A DNA stretch of 63,954 bases, filler included, from Reclinomonas americana ATCC 50394 (lineage: Eukaryota), in the NCBI GenBank assembly GCA_048213135.1. It is 6 parts of 3 records of this genome, joined end to end, with 100 filler letters (N's around TTAATTAATTAA, not from the genome) between each part and the next. Parts side by side here need not be neighbours in the genome. Positions count along the whole stretch, not along the records: positions 16,881 to 26,652 come from PS015119.1; positions 26,753 to 48,163 come from PS015119.1; 4 more parts are not named here. One strand, written 5' to 3'. Shown piece after piece: positions 23,396 through 41,559 of this stretch. Position 1 is the stretch's first letter; every line of letters begins with the position of its first letter. The notes under the pieces were generated by a model. That model was not told where the DNA came from. It saw only the letters and a list, made by a program, of their open reading frames with translations, and made no database searches. The position numbers and the translations under genes are program-made.

Positions 23396-24671
23396 ATGAC
23401 TGATTTGAGTGTCACACAGACAAGCCCACTGTGCGCAGTCGGTGCTGCGTCACTGTCGCGTCTGGAGGGCTCTCTGTCGGTAGCGCCATACACCGGGCGC
23501 TGTTGCGTTCTCTTTCTCACGCACACTCTCTCCCCCTATCTCTCTCTCACTTCCTCACCAGTGGACCAGCGTGTGTTTGGCGACGACACTCTGTGCTGGG
23601 ATTGCCCGAGTGGCGTGCTGACCATGTGCTGGCACGACACCACTGATCACTTGTTGGTGGGCTGTGCGGATGGCAGTGCGCGTGCCTATAGCTTGTCGGC
23701 GGGTGAGGCGACGCAGCCGCAGTCGTTCGACTTGGAAGGCCCGCCGTGCGTCGCCACATTTCGCTGCATCTCCGCCTCCAAAGTGGTGCGTTGGTTTTGG
23801 CAGGAGCCAAGTACGTCGCGACAAGGTGACTGACATTGGTGATACGAACCCCAGGGCGCTGCAGTTCCCGACAAGTGGCCACAGTCGCGGTCGGTGACGC
23901 ACGTAGCCATTCCTCGTTGCGTGCAAATGACAGCGGCCTGCCTGCTTTTTTTCTGTTGCGTGGCTCACTGCGTGGAGTAGGCGACTCGGATACGTTCTCG
24001 GCGGTCGAGAACGAGCGTGTGCATCTGTGGTCGATTGAGAATGCGGAGCGAGCGCTCTCCACGGCCAAGGTGCGTTGCAGGTGTTGTTGTTGCCCGACTG
24101 CGCGGTTGACTGAGCACGCTGCAGGTGAGCAACGAGCCGCTGACATCGCTGTCGTGGAACCCCAACGACAGCCACCTGTTTGCCGTGTCGTCGGTGAGCG
24201 GCCACACCAAGGTTGTCGACACTCGCGACCTCCGCAATCCCGACAACTCTGTCACGTGGAAATGCGGGCACGGCAGCACAAATGGCACGCACGCGGTGTC
24301 GTGGTCGCCACTGATACCGCACTGGATCGCCACGGCGGGCGGTGACGGGTTTGTGCGCGTCTATGACGTGCGAAGCACTTCGGATGCGGTGTTCTCGTTC
24401 CCAGCGCACCAGTCGTTGGCTCTGCATGTTGCGTGGCAGGGAGCCGTGTGGAATTTTCTCGTTGCCTGACGTGTTCGTTGCCGCGCAGGTGGCCTGGTCG
24501 CCGGCCTACTGCGACGTCCTCATCAGCTGCGGAGTGGAAGATGTTGTGCGCGTGTGGAATCTCAATCTGGAGCCGCACTGCGCGTTCTCCAAGGCGGATG
24601 ATCCGCAGATTGTCGACGGTCTGTGCCGTGGGCGTATCGACATGTTTGTTGTTCATCGAGCTCATGTATCA

Positions 24672-24728
<57 letters not shown>

Positions 24729-26470
24729 GTGCTTTGACACGCACCACGCGTGGAATCCCATGTTCCTCACGCAGACGGGCGACGTGCTCAGCTTTCCAGT
24801 GGCCACCGAAGAATTCGATCGAGTCAGCGATCTGATGCTGGAGTTTCGTATCTCACTGTGTGCATTCAAACTCTGTGTTTCTGCCACTGACCGATGCTTG
24901 GCAGGACCTCGGAACTCGGCAAGTCGTACTCGCCATCGCAGCGGCAATTCGTGCAGCTGCTGTACTCGATGCAAGTGCGCAAGGCGTACCGCAAGCTGGA
25001 GGATCTGGTGTTGGAGTGCCAGCAACAGCGCGAGTTGCGTCCTTTTCTGGTTTGCGCGTCTATGTCACCGGGCACTCAATAATCGAGCACTGCAGCTTTG
25101 CCATGGCCATGAAGCTGGTGGACATGGGAGTTCCACTCGACCCGGTGACATGCACGAGCGTTCCCGGCGACGGCAGCGTGGCCACTCCGGCGTTGCCGCC
25201 GTTTCCCACACCGCCACCGGCGGCGCCAGCGGCAACGGATGCTGCTGCTGCGGCAGGGACAGCGCCTTTGCCAGCCGATGGTATGTCGGATGAGCTCCTC
25301 TCTCTCTCTCTCTCTCGCTTCGTCCGAACCATGTCTTGTGTGCCAGCGGCCAGTCGTCCGGTTCACCACAAGGATGCAGTGGCCAGATTCCGTCGCGAGC
25401 TCGACTTGTACTCGCAGCGCCTGCTCAAGACTTTCCCGATCACTCCAGTGCGTTTGAAATACCTTGAACAGCACCTGGGAGAACTCGTGTGTTGACGCAA
25501 CTTGCTCTCTCGCTCTCTCTCCTCGGCAGGATGTGCAAGAGCAACTGCGCAAGGTGCAAGACACGACGGAGAATTTGCGCCTGCTGCGGCTCATCAAGCA
25601 GCGCGACTTTACGGATCCCGCATCCATTGATCGCGAGTATCGCGAGCTTGTGGAGCGCAATCCGCGCTTCCTCGACGTGGACGTGGTGCTGGTGCGTTCG
25701 TGTGTGTATCTGTCTGTGCCCATCTATCATGTGTGCTGACATGCACACGTCTTTCATTATCGTGCAAGACGGTGATTGAGGCCCTGTGCGAAGAGAGCTA
25801 CGACGCTGGCATGGGCGCACTGTCCCGTTGGCTGGAGGTGGTCGAGGATCTGGATCACCGCGACTCATCACAGCGTGTGTGCTCGCCCTTCTTCCAGCAA
25901 GTCGCCGGACCCGCCATCGGTCCACTGCTGTTTGACGCCGCCAACACCGTGTCGTTGCCGGAGGTCAAATGTGAGTGCGCGCACACACGTCACGAGGCAA
26001 CATACCTACCGGCTCGTCGTTCACTCACTTGTCCTCCTCCGCAGACGACAAGGTGACGACGACGGTTCGCGTGCCAAGTTTGGCCTCGAGTGCCGTTTAC
26101 GAGGTGCTGCTGTTGAACGCCGCGTTGCCGGCGTCGGGAACCTCCACTGCCGAGGGCAGTGCCAGCGCGGGGTCGGTGACCACTGTACGCCGCCGGGAGC
26201 GACCGGCTCGGAAAGCAGTTGCGATGCACATTGGCGCTGTTGTGCACAGAAGTCGCGTGTTGTACTCACCCACTCCATTCCGCACAGTCAACGAAACGAC
26301 TGCCGAGGCAGTCGACGGCGCCAACCATTTCCCGCGAACACGTGTCGTCCGTCATGCAATACGGCGGTGGGCCACTCGACGCCAACGGTGTGGTTCGCTT
26401 CATGGAGCGTATTCGGAACCAGTGCGAGACCGACCCGGCGTTCCTGCGCGCCCAGGTCGAGGCCACACGG
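23396..26470 (+). CDS. WD40-repeat protein with a helical C-terminal region; 3' end lost in gap
   Basis: Spliced WD repeats: LTSLSWNPNDSHLFAVSS...KVVD, HAVSWSPLIPHWIATAGGDGFVRVYDVR, AHQSLALH|VAWSPAYCDVLISCGVEDVVRVWNL. Confidence 0.8.
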
Positions 26471-26518
26471 TCTGTGCACATTCACTTCCTTTGTTCTGCA
26501 CTCTTGCACTGATGTCTC

Positions 26519-26652
<134 letters not shown>

Positions 26653-26696
26653 NNNNNNNNNNNNNNNNNNNNNNNNNNNNNNNNNNNNNNNNNNNN

Positions 26697-26708
26697 TTAA
26701 TTAATTAA
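26697..26708. other. Artificial scaffold linker
   Basis: N44-TTAATTAATTAA-N44. Confidence 0.95.
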
Positions 26709-26757
26709 NNNNNNNNNNNNNNNNNNNNNNNNNNNNNNNNNNNNNNNNNNNNTGTAG

Positions 26758-27519
26758 AGCTGCTGGAGATGTGCGTGAAGAACGACAAGAACCTGGCGCT
26801 GGAGATCAAGCGGCGCTCGGAGGCCGACAAGGTGCTGCAGGCGTTTTTCGAGAACAGTCTGAATGACACGCGCGAGGCCATGGAGAAGAAGATGAATGAC
26901 CGTTTCTCGCACATGCAACTGACGATTGAGGTGCTGGCCAAGCGCACGGCGCAGCTGGAGCAGGACCTCAAGGAGGAGCGTGAGTCGCGCGCGCGTGCCG
27001 TCGAGGACACTGGCAATGTGCTGTTGGGGTCAGTCTACATTGCGCTCTTTGCTGCATGTTTTTCCGATGATTGCTGACATCGATGACAGCGAGATCCGCA
27101 TGCTGCAAACATCACACGAGCAGGAGAAGCAGAACCGCATGGACAAGGAGGCGGCGATTACGAGGAAGCTGACGGAGGATGCGAACCGCCTGGCGGAGCG
27201 CATTGAGTCGGAGCACTTGCAGCGCGAGGCGGCGCTGGCACAACTGCGTGACGATCTTGACAAGAACCAGCGCGTGCGCGACAAGACCGACGAGAAGTTC
27301 AAGTCGATTTGCGTCGAGGAGATCGAGACCCTCAAGCAGGGCCTGCGAATCGAGTCGGAGGCCCGCGAGGCCAGCGAGGAGGAGATGGTCCGAACGATGA
27401 AGGATGTGAGTCACGCTCCTTGTAGTACGCCTTTCGATGCTGCTGTCCACTCACTGATTTATTTCTCTGCGCAGGTGATCAACGAGCTGAAGGAGGGCTT
27501 GCACATCATCTCCAAGTAA
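26758..27519 (+). CDS. SF-assemblin/beta-giardin family striated-fibre protein (N-terminus lost in gap)
   Basis: LALEIKRRSEADKVLQAFFE...EERESR...ESEAREASEEEMVRTMKD|VINELKEGLHIISK*; introns 27029-27089 and 27406-27474. Confidence 0.85.
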
Positions 27520-27772
27520 GGAGCAAGCACGCGAAAGACCGACCACTTCTGTTCATATGCGCGACGAGGAGTCTTGCTCCTCGTCTGGTGCAACCCTACA
27601 CATTTTTTCCTCCCGGCCATTCTCTCCTCTCTTGTCTCTTTTCTCTTATCCTTTCTGTGCGAGAGTCGCTTCTGTCGAGCGTCGATGTACACCGGTGTAC
27701 TTTGGTTTCCATTTGTCGACGCGCCCGTCAATTTCACTTGTTTTTTCGTCGTCGTCTGTAAGCGAGAGAGAA

Positions 27773-30716
27773 ATGTCTTCCAAGCGCGTCATGGTGTCTC
27801 AAGAAAAGGTGCTCTCTCTCTCTCTCTTTCTCTCTCGTTCTNNNNNNNNNNNNNNNNNNNNNNNNNNNNNNNNNNNNNNNNNNNNNNNNNNNNNNNNNNN
27901 NNNNNNNNNNNNNNNNNNNNNNNNNNNNNNNNNNNNNNNNNNNNNNNNNNNNNNNNNNNNNNNNNNNNNNNNNNNNNNNNNNNNNNNNNNNNNNNNNNNN
28001 NNNNNNNNNNNNNNNNNNNNNNNNNNNNNNNNNNNNNNNNNNNNNNNNNNNNNNNNNNNNNNNNNNNNNNNNNNNNNNNNNNNNNNNNNNNNNNNNNNNN
28101 NNNNNNNNNNNNNNNNNNNNNNNNNNNNNNNNNNNNNNNNNNNNNNNNNNNNNNNNNNNNNNNNNNNNNNNNNNNNNNNNNNNNNNNNNNNNNNNNNNNN
28201 NNNNNNNNNNNNNNNNNNNNNNNNNNNNNNNNNNNNNNNNNNNNNNNNNNNNNNNNNNNNNNNNNNNNNNNNNNNNNNNNNNNNNNNNNNNNNNNNNNNN
28301 NNNNNNNNNNNNNNNNNNNNNNNNNNNNNNNNNNNNNNNNNNNNNNNNNNNNNNNNNNNNNNNNNNNNNNNNNNNNNNNNNNNNNNNNNNNNNNNNNNNN
28401 NNNNNNNNNNNNNNNNNNNNNNNNNNNNNNNNNNNNNNNNNNNNNNNNNNNNNNNNNNNNNNNNNNNNNNNNNNNNNNNNNNNNNNNNNNNNNNNNNNNN
28501 NNNNNNNNNNNNNNNNNNNNNNNNNNNNNNNNNNNNNNNNNNNNNNNNNNNNNNNNNNNNNNNNNNNNNNNNNNNNNNNNNNNNNNNNNNNNNNNNNNNN
28601 NNNNNNNNNNNNNNNNNNNNNNNNNNNNNNNNNNNNNNNNNNNNNNNNNNNNNNNNNNNNNNNNNNNNNNNNNNNNNNNNNNNNNNNNNNNNNNNNNNNN
28701 NNNNNNNNNNNNNNNNNNNNNNNNNNNNNNNNNNNNNNNNNNNNNNNNNNNNNNNNAGTCACAATGTGCAGTCGACTCACTCACACGCTGTGAAGGCACG
28801 AGCTGCTCTGCTGGCACACCACCCCTTTGCTCTGTGTGGTGCCGACCTCGCCGACTCTGCACACACTCTGTGCGCGGTGATTGACCGCCCAGAGAGTGCC
28901 TCTCGCATCACCAGTGAAGAGGAGCTTGTCGACGCCGTGGTCTCGGCCGGAAGCATGGTCGGTCAAAGTCACGACCCCAATTGAAGCTGCATGTCGTTCC
29001 GATCGTTCGACTGACCGTGTGTAATATTATCGAACATGTGTGTGTCTAGCAACTGCGCGATGCGCTGTCGGTGGTGGATGTGCAGCAGCTGGCGAGCAAG
29101 ATGGGCGTCAAGGTGCCGCCGGTGGTGACCAACCCGCGCGCTCATCAGCGAGTGGTGAAACAGGTGTGTACGGAAGCGGTGTCTTGTTCGGATTTGAGAA
29201 CGAGAGAAACTGACTCTTGTTTTGTTGGTGCAGCTCATGCAGCGGTGGACGGAAGAGGTGGAGGTCGACGACGAGGAGCAGGGTGGCGGGTCGAAGCGCC
29301 GACGCGCCAAGAGCTCCTTCAATGTGTTTGTCAGCGACCAGATGCTGGCCATGGCGAATCCGCAACCGGACGATGTGGAGAATGTGAAGTGCGTGGAGTT
29401 GCCTGTGTGTTATCCATGGTGTTGCTGCTCCTCAATCAGGTGATCTTCTACGTGCAGTGCGTCCGCCCTCAACATGAGGGACAGGATGAAGGAGATCGGT
29501 TTGTATGCATGCATGATGCGTTGTGTGCAGTCAACAGCTGTCCCGTGCTAACTTTTCTGCCAGCGCGTCGCTGGCGCACCGTGACGCTGGAGGAGCGTGC
29601 CGAGTATCGAGATCGAGCAGCGCGTGAGCGTCAACAGCCTTCCTCGTTCTCTTCCTCCAAAAAGGCAAAGAGCGAACCGGAGGCACCAGCCGTAAGCACC
29701 ACCGCGGCTGCTGCGACTGCAGCGGAATCCGCTCCAGCTTTCACTCCCAAGAAACCCAAGACCGCCTACGCCTGTTACACCAGTGCCGAGCGCAGCCGGT
29801 GAGCACCCTACCGACTATTGGCTCGGCATACTTCCTTCCTGCCTCTCTCACTGCATGCTGCACCAGTGTCGTCGCCGAGAATCCACAATTTGTCGGTCAG
29901 CCCAAGGAGATTACTCGTCTCCTATGTTGCGTCGCAACTTGAAGACCACGGTCACCCTTCCCACACAAACTCACCTTCCCCGCTCGCAGCCGAAAAGTGG
30001 GCGACAGCCACTGCCGAAGTGAAGGCCACGTACGAGGCCATGGCCACGGCCGACCGTGAGCGGTACCAACGAGAGCTGACCACGGGAGAAGTTGAAGGTC
30101 TGGCACCCATTGTTGACATCGTGACATTTTCACGCCGCTCACATCGAGAACAGCACCGCGGGGCGGCAAGGCACCGTCAGGAGGGAAACGCGCACCCAAG
30201 AAAGCAGCCGACAATGGCGACAGTGGTGCTGCGCCGGCCGCGGTCGAAGAGGACGGACGCAAGGCACGCTCGGCGTTTGCCATTTTCTCCGCCGCCAAGC
30301 GCATGGAGTTGCGTTGCATCCCAGCACCCACCCCAACAGTGATACACGCCGTTACTGACGAAACTCACAGGAATCCCAACATTCGCCTGACGGAGATTTG
30401 TTGCGTTCCCTCCACCGTCTTCCACCCCCCAGTCTCTCCTCCCCACTGACCATCGCACACAGCGGCACTCTGGCGCGACACATCCGAGGCCAATCGCGCT
30501 CCCTTCCAGGAGGTGGCGGAACGCGAGAAGGCAGCACTGCAGGCCTCCAGTGTGCCGCTGACTGCTCTCAGTGCCACACCCGCGCCACCTCTGCCAACAA
30601 TCGGCGCCGACATGCTGGCGAATCTGCCGCCGCTGCTGTCGACCGACATGGCATCGCTGCCGCCGCTGCTGGCGACCGACATGGCGTTGCTGCCACCTCT
30701 GCCCCTGCTGCCGTGA
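27773..30716 (+). CDS. Protein with three HMG boxes
   Basis: Spliced boxes RRAKSSFNVFV...KEIARRWRTVTLEERAEY; PKKPKTAYACY...EITRLLSEKW...KATYEAMATADRERY; KARSAFAIF...ENPNIRLTEISALWRDTSEANRAPFQEVAEREK. Linkage of the ATG exon at 27773 across the gap is assumed. Confidence 0.8.
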
Positions 30717-30792
30717 TGCAAGAACACAAGCACACCCACACACATTCACGTCTATTTCGTCTCCGTATTCTCTCTACGTGTCTCTGTTGCGA

Positions 30793-34992
<4,200 letters not shown>

Positions 34993-35163
34993 CACACTGA
35001 CAAACACACACTGACACAAAAGAGAAGAAGAGAACAAAGACACACACACACACACACACACAGAAGAGGAAGAGAGCAATAAGACACAGACAGCACTCTC
35101 TCTCTCTCACACACACACACAGACACACACACACACACACTCACACAGACACACACACTCACA

Positions 35164-35217
<54 letters not shown>

Positions 35218-35302
35218 CTTTCCAATCGTTCATTGTAATCGACTGAAATGCGTCTGTTGATTTTCTTCTTCTTTGTTTGTGTTTTGTTTGTTTGTTTTTC
35301 TT

Positions 35303-35545
35303 ATGGCTGATGATAGCAATGGAGATGCTTCGTTGTCGTTTGAGAATGAGCTGATGGCGATTCAGATGCGGTTGGCGGGCGCGGAGCAGAGGTTGGGCGA
35401 GAAGGTGTGTGTGTGTGAGAGTGAGAGAGAGTGTGTGTGTGAGGGAGAGTGTGTGAGGGAGTGTGTGCGTGTGAAAGAGAAAGAGAGAGCATTGTGTGAG
35501 GGAGAGAGATCGACTTGTGATTGTTGATTTCGCGATGTGTGTGTG

Positions 35546-35582
<37 letters not shown>

Positions 35583-38500
35583 GAGTGTGTGTGTGTGTGA
35601 GGAAGTGTGAGAGAGAGAGAGAGCTTTGTGTGAGGGAGACATCGACTTGTGATTGTTGATTTCGCGATGTGTGTGTGTGTGAGAGAGAGAGAGAGTATGT
35701 GCGATGTTGGACTGCGTTGTGTGTGAGAGATCGTTCTGTGATGAGCAGTTGTGCACTCTCACCGTCTCTGCTTGTCCCTCTTCCTCTCTCTTTCTCTCTC
35801 GCCTCTCTTGCGTTTGTGAGCAACGTGCGATCGTTGGTTGTTTTGTGTGGCGTGGAGACTTGATAGTGAGAAACGCAGTCGTTCTTGGCCATGTGTACGT
35901 GTCTGAGCGAGTGTGATCGCTCAGCGTTGGTGTGCATCGGTGTCGATCGTCGCTTTTCTCGTCTCTCTTTATCTCTCAAACACATTCACAAACCGTCATC
36001 TCTCAGCGCCCTTCTCTCCCTCTCTTGGTTCACACACTCGCACGATTGCTCGCACAGTCACGGTTCGCTGGTGCGTGTTTCTCAGCACGTAGGCGATGGC
36101 TGCTTGCTTACCGTTGTTCTTTCGTCGCCGGTCTTCTCTTCCTCCTCACTCCACGTGTGTGTGTATTTCTCAGCTCGATGGCGATGGCAGATCGCTCATC
36201 GTTGTGTTCTTCGTGCCCTCTCTGTGACATGCTTGCACTATCACTCGCAGTCGCGGTTTCTGTGTGTGTGTGTGTTCCTCAGCACGTAGGCGATGGGTGC
36301 TCGCATGCCGTTGTTCTTTCGTCGACCCCCTCCTCTCCTTACGGGTGTGTATTCCCCAGCTCGCTGGTGATGGCAGATCGCTTCTCGTTGTCTTTCATCG
36401 CCATTCCATCTCTCCTCATGCACACACATACGTGCACCCTTTTCTTGCACAACTGCGGTGCTCATGTGTTCCGTAGCGAATTGGCGATGTGGTCGCTTGC
36501 CGTTCTCGTTTCTCGATGCCGATCGCTTTTCTCTGTCTCACGAACGCAGTGTACCTGTCGTTCTCGTTCTCTCGTCTCTCTCCCATGTGTACGCACCCCA
36601 CATTTCGTTAGGGATGCCATTTTATCGCCTTTCTTTCGTCTTCTGTTGATGACAATCATCGATCACGCATCTCCATACCGCACACTGTCGCATGCACTTC
36701 TCCCTTGCATGGCTCACTTGTACGATCCTACCCTCTTTTGTCATTGCTGTTGCTCTCCCCCTTCACCCTTTCACCCTCCCTCTTCTCTCCCCAGGACAAC
36801 ATCATTGAACAACTACGAGCCTACTGCGTCAGCCTGCAAGAACAACTGGAAGACGTCAAGGACGACCTGCGCACGACTGAGGAGAAGTGTGCGGTTCGTT
36901 ATCCCCCATCCCCCTTCCACCCTTCCCCCCTCCCTTCCCCCGTCATCCCCACCCTTCTCCCACCCGTAGGTGGAGGTCTACGTGGTCAAGGAGGAGAAAG
37001 AGTCGGAGGTGCTGGAGAAGGAGGTGACGATCCGCTCACTGCAAATCGAGGTTGAGCGGCAGAGCAACGAGGTGGCGCTGTACCGGCAGTACGAGCTGGA
37101 GAACATCAAGCTGCGCAAGTCGGTGGTGGAGCTGCAGGAGCGACTGTTGCGAGTGGAGCGGGAGTCGACGCACCGGGAACGCGACCTGAAGGAGGACATT
37201 GCGAGATATCGCTCGATGCTCGACGAGGAGTTCCGCTCGCAGCTCGCCTCCAGCGAGGCGCGCTTTCGACAAATGGCATTCGACGATCTCGACGAGGAGG
37301 CCAGGAAGGCTCTCACCGAGAATCGCAAGCTACACAAGGCGCTGTCGGAGCAGAGCGATCAGGTGGAGTTGATTCTCGAGCGCGCACGCCATCTGGAGGC
37401 CGAGAAACGGAAACTTGTGCGTTTTTCATTCATTCTCGCAAGATTCATGTTGCCTTTGATGATGATGATGATGATGGTGCTGATTATTGGAATGGCGCAA
37501 AAAGACGGTGGACGTGTCGGTGAGCCACGAGGCGGAGGATTTGCGCTCGCGGGAAATGAGTATTCTGCGCAAGCGGCTGTACGAGACGCAGACGAGAGCG
37601 ACGCAGCTCGAGGATGCGTTGCGCACGAGAGAGGTGGAGCAGGCGTCGATGCAGCTGTTGTACTCGGAGTTTGAAGTTGCGTCTGCGTGGCGGAGGGAGC
37701 GCGATGTCATGACCGGTCCTCACATGCTGCATGCAGCGGCTGCGTGGGGAGTTGGAGGAGACCAAGAAGAAATACGAAGCCGCCAAGCTGGAGGCTGAAA
37801 GGTGGCGCGCCAAAGCAATGCATGGCGCCAGCAGTGAGCCCGAGTCGTCGGTGCGTGCTGATTTCCGTGCTAGTTGCATTTCACGAGATACAGAAAAAAG
37901 AAGTCTCACTTGTCGCGCATACAGTTTCTCTCTCGCCTTCCGCCACGAGTTGCGCGTCGTTTTTTGCCCCGTATTGTGGTCCTCACTCGTGGCCGTTACT
38001 CACAACTCCCCTTTCCATTCTTCTCCCCCACCTCCCGCACGCACAGTTCCGCGCCGATCGAGGTTTGTCTGCTTTGGCGCACGCATTTTTTATATATTGA
38101 GTGCGTGTTTCCGATATCGGCGGTGAAAAAATTCTCACAATACACAACACCACCACCGACGGCAGACGACGAGGCAGCAATTGACGAGACGCATGCCAGG
38201 AGGATAGGCGACAGCGAGGAGGACACCAGGCGCATCTGGAACGCGCAGCTGTCGGGTGATTCCACCCTGGGCGATCGTCCTGTTTCACTCTTCTCCAGCG
38301 AGGCCTCTTCGCCCACGCAGCAGCTGCCGCAACCCCTTTCGGCGTCTGGCTCCGAGGGGCAACAGCAACGCACGCGCGCTGCACCGCCTCCCTCGCCGCA
38401 CCTCTACCCGGGTGGACCGCTGCGCTCGGAGGCCGAGCGCGTGGAGAAGGATCGCGCACTGAGCGTGCTGAACAAGGCCTCGGTGCGCGTGGTGGCCAAA

Positions 38501-38590
38501 CCGGCCAGGCGCGCCGATGCAGCAGCAGCACTGGCGGCCAACGGACTCGGTGTACAGGGACGCGCACCGGTTCGTTACGTTGTACCGTGA
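35303..38590 (+). CDS. Ciliary/basal-body coiled-coil protein, CFAP157/BBOF1-like
   Basis: Spliced coiled coil including AFDDLDEEARKALTENRKLHKALSEQSDQVELIL, which resembles this family; stop TGA at 38588-38590. Confidence 0.6.
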
Positions 38591-39560
38591 CAGTGAAGGG
38601 AAGGAAGCACGAGAAAGACGGGTGGGCAAGTGTGTCTGTTTTCAGCACCGATTGCCTTTTCAAGTGGCAGGCTCCGCCTGGCTGCTGTGCCCATAGCATC
38701 TTTCGCACGGACGATGACCGCCGCACGTCGCCGTGTCGTAGCATGTCCTACACACCCGATGCCGCGGCGTCCTCTCAGCAAGGACCGCATCCACGCACGA
38801 GATTCCCGCAGGCCGGCGCCTCCTTTCGGGCACGCCATGCGACATTCGTCTTTCGGCATTACCGGCGCCGCGAATGAGCATCGATAGGTCCACGCTCAAT
38901 GGCTGTGTCCCCCCTCTCTCTCTTCCCACCCACTGACACAGGCGCATGGGTGGGCGTGTTGCGTTGTGCGTGCACATATATTCATTGGTTCGCACAACAA
39001 GAATAGAATATGTGGTGGCGACCGAGTGGCCTAAATTGAATCTTGCGCGACACGATCGTGTGCACACGTCAGCAACGGTCGCCAACGACACCTCCCGCAA
39101 CGCATTTGGCGACAGCAGTGCTCCCACCGGATGCCCACGGCGCGAGGGTGAGTTGGGGTCGCCATGATGTGCTTTAGCCGTTTTCGGCGATCACTGCTGT
39201 ATCGTGCGCGGATTGTTTTCACTTTATTCTTTTCCTTCCCTCCAGTCGTGTTCGTATCTCACTTTCCCTTTCGCTGCGCGCGCAGGTTCATTGCCAGCGC
39301 AGGTGGAGCCCCGGGGCGCCCGCGATGACGACGAGACACGGCGGTTGTGCACAATCAAGGCAAGCAGGTGGCTTTTCAATTGGTCCTTGCCCATTGACGA
39401 AAGACGTTTGCCCTTTTTTGCCGCCGTGACCACGAAGCGACACAGAACACAAATTGGACGACGGAGCGGAGAGCGCGCGCGCACACTACCTCGAACAAAC
39501 GACGCGGAGAGAGAGAGGAGAGAACACGCATTCTTCCTGTGCCTTCTCCTGCCTTCTTCC

Positions 39561-40175
39561 ATGGATCAATCGTCTGCGGCCTTGCTTCGCGGACAGACCC
39601 CCACCAGTGGCAACAGCAGCAACAGCAGCAGCATCGCAGCTTGCCTTCAGCAACACCACCATCTCAACCCTCTTCTTCACCACCACCACCACCACACTCA
39701 GCAGCAGCAGCAGCAGCAACAGCAACAGCAGCAACAGCGGTACTCTGACGGTCTGCTGATGGCCGGCGTCTCCACCTTTGGCGACTCGATGCACGAGCAC
39801 GGTGGCCGAGTTCCTGTTTCCGTCGTGTCGCGCACCAGTGGATCGTTTGTGCTGCCGCTCTCCATGGTCGCCGTCGATGACCCCTTTGGCCAGGCACAGC
39901 AGCACCAGCAGCAGCAGCAGCTCTATCAGCAGCAGCAGTTCCAGCTCTTGCGCCAGCAACAACAACAGCAGCAGCAGCAGCAGCAACGAGCGGCGGTTGG
40001 CGACGATTATGATGGTGTTGCGGAGGATCAGCAGCTGGACTTTGATGGCCTCGTGCACCGACAGCGCCTGCAACAGCAGCAGCAGCAACTCCAACAACAG
40101 CAGCGACAGTTTATGGCGACCGCTTCTTCCTCAGATGGGAAAGCAAATTCGTCGTCGGCGTTTCAACAACATCAT
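39561..40175 (+). CDS. N-terminal fragment of a poly-Q/poly-H protein, truncated by gap
   Basis: ATG 39561, open CAG/CAA-rich frame up to the N gap. Confidence 0.6.
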
Positions 40176-40471
40176 NNNNNNNNNNNNNNNNNNNNNNNNN
40201 NNNNNNNNNNNNNNNNNNNNNNNNNNNNNNNNNNNNNNNNNNNNNNNNNNNNNNNNNNNNNNNNNNNNNNNNNNNNNNNNNNNNNNNNNNNNNNNNNNNN
40301 NNNNNNNNNNNNNNNNNNNNNNNNNNNNNNNNNNNNNNNNNNNNNNNNNNNNNNNNNNNNNNNNNNNNNNNNNNNNNNNNNNNNNNNNNNNNNNNNNNNN
40401 NNNNNNNNNNNNNNNNNNNNNNNNNNNNNNNNNNNNNNNNNNNNNNNNNNNNNNNNNNNNNNNNNNNNNNN

Positions 40472-41290
40472 CGCCTGAACATAGCACGCCGCTAAGAGTT
40501 AACTCATCGGAGGAGACAACTCCACACACACAAACCTGCGGCGGCTTGCTCGGATCCGTCAGTTCCTCAGTAGACGCCACACCAATGCCCATCATGCGCT
40601 GCTTGACCACGGCACCGACCACGTACGACAAGGCCGCAAACGACACACACGTGATCAGAACACGATTCGGCAGCGCCTCCGCTCCCTGTCGTGCACCACC
40701 GACTCTCGCCTGCGCCGCTACATCCATTGCCACTCCCAGCCGCAACATCTCCTCCTCTTCCACGCGACTCCGATGCAGGAACGTGAGGAAGGACACGAAA
40801 GCAAAGGCCAACACCGAGGTGACGATCCACGAGCTGCTTGCATGCAACAACGATGAAATGAGGACCGCAGCAGTGACGGGAAGCGATCAGTGCACGCAAC
40901 AGAAAGCGTGCCAGCAGTCGCTTGAACATGCTGGGTGGACGGATCTTGATCTTGGTCGGTGGCACCGGTGGAGGCGGAGGCAGCGCCACATAGGTGACTG
41001 CCACTGGCGGTGGCATCACGCCGGGTGTGGGCAGTGCAACGGGAGGCGGTGCACTGACACCCACACCCACAGAGGCCGCCACTGAAGCAGCAGCAGCGTC
41101 GACACCACTGCAGGCGAAAGTGTGAGAGTGAGGAGAGTGTGACCGAACACACACACACACACACGAAACGATGATGGCGACGGTGGTGGCGACGGGGGAG
41201 AGGGAGGCACTGCGGCTGCGGTGCTATTGTTGCGCGCGGGGAGGAGCAGCAGGGAACGCACAGTGGTGGTCTGTGGCGCAGGGTGGTTAC
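40472..41290 (-). CDS. Partial Pro-rich membrane protein of unknown function
   Basis: Exons ...PPVPPTKIKIRPPSMFKRLLARFL|SSWIVTSVLAFAFVSFLTFL...VLITCVSFAALSYVVGAVVK with two hydrophobic helices. Confidence 0.5.
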
Positions 41291-41559
41291 GTGCAGACAG
41301 TGTGAACAGTGTGCGCACGTGCGGCACTGTCAGCGCACTGCGAGGCACACACAGCGAGGGTGAGTGGCGGTCTCTCGCGTGCGTGTGTGCGGGATGAAAA
41401 AGACTGACCGAGAGAACCACATGAGCTCTCCTCTTTGCAGCGCGATCGAGAATAAAACCCTCCCGCCCTTTCCAACAGTTTTTTTCCGCTCGCAGGAGAA
41501 CATGCATGCTGCTATTTGTGGAGCGAGTGGTGGTCGAGATTCACATTCTTTATAGACTA

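Noticed and set aside
29398-29403. GTTGCC as a donor in the HMG gene
   Set aside because: The upstream AA|GTGCGT at 29389 fits the same phase and is a better match to the common donor, so GTTGCC was not counted.
38600-39300. Short ORFs on both strands
   Set aside because: No recognisable domain and no convincing splice model.
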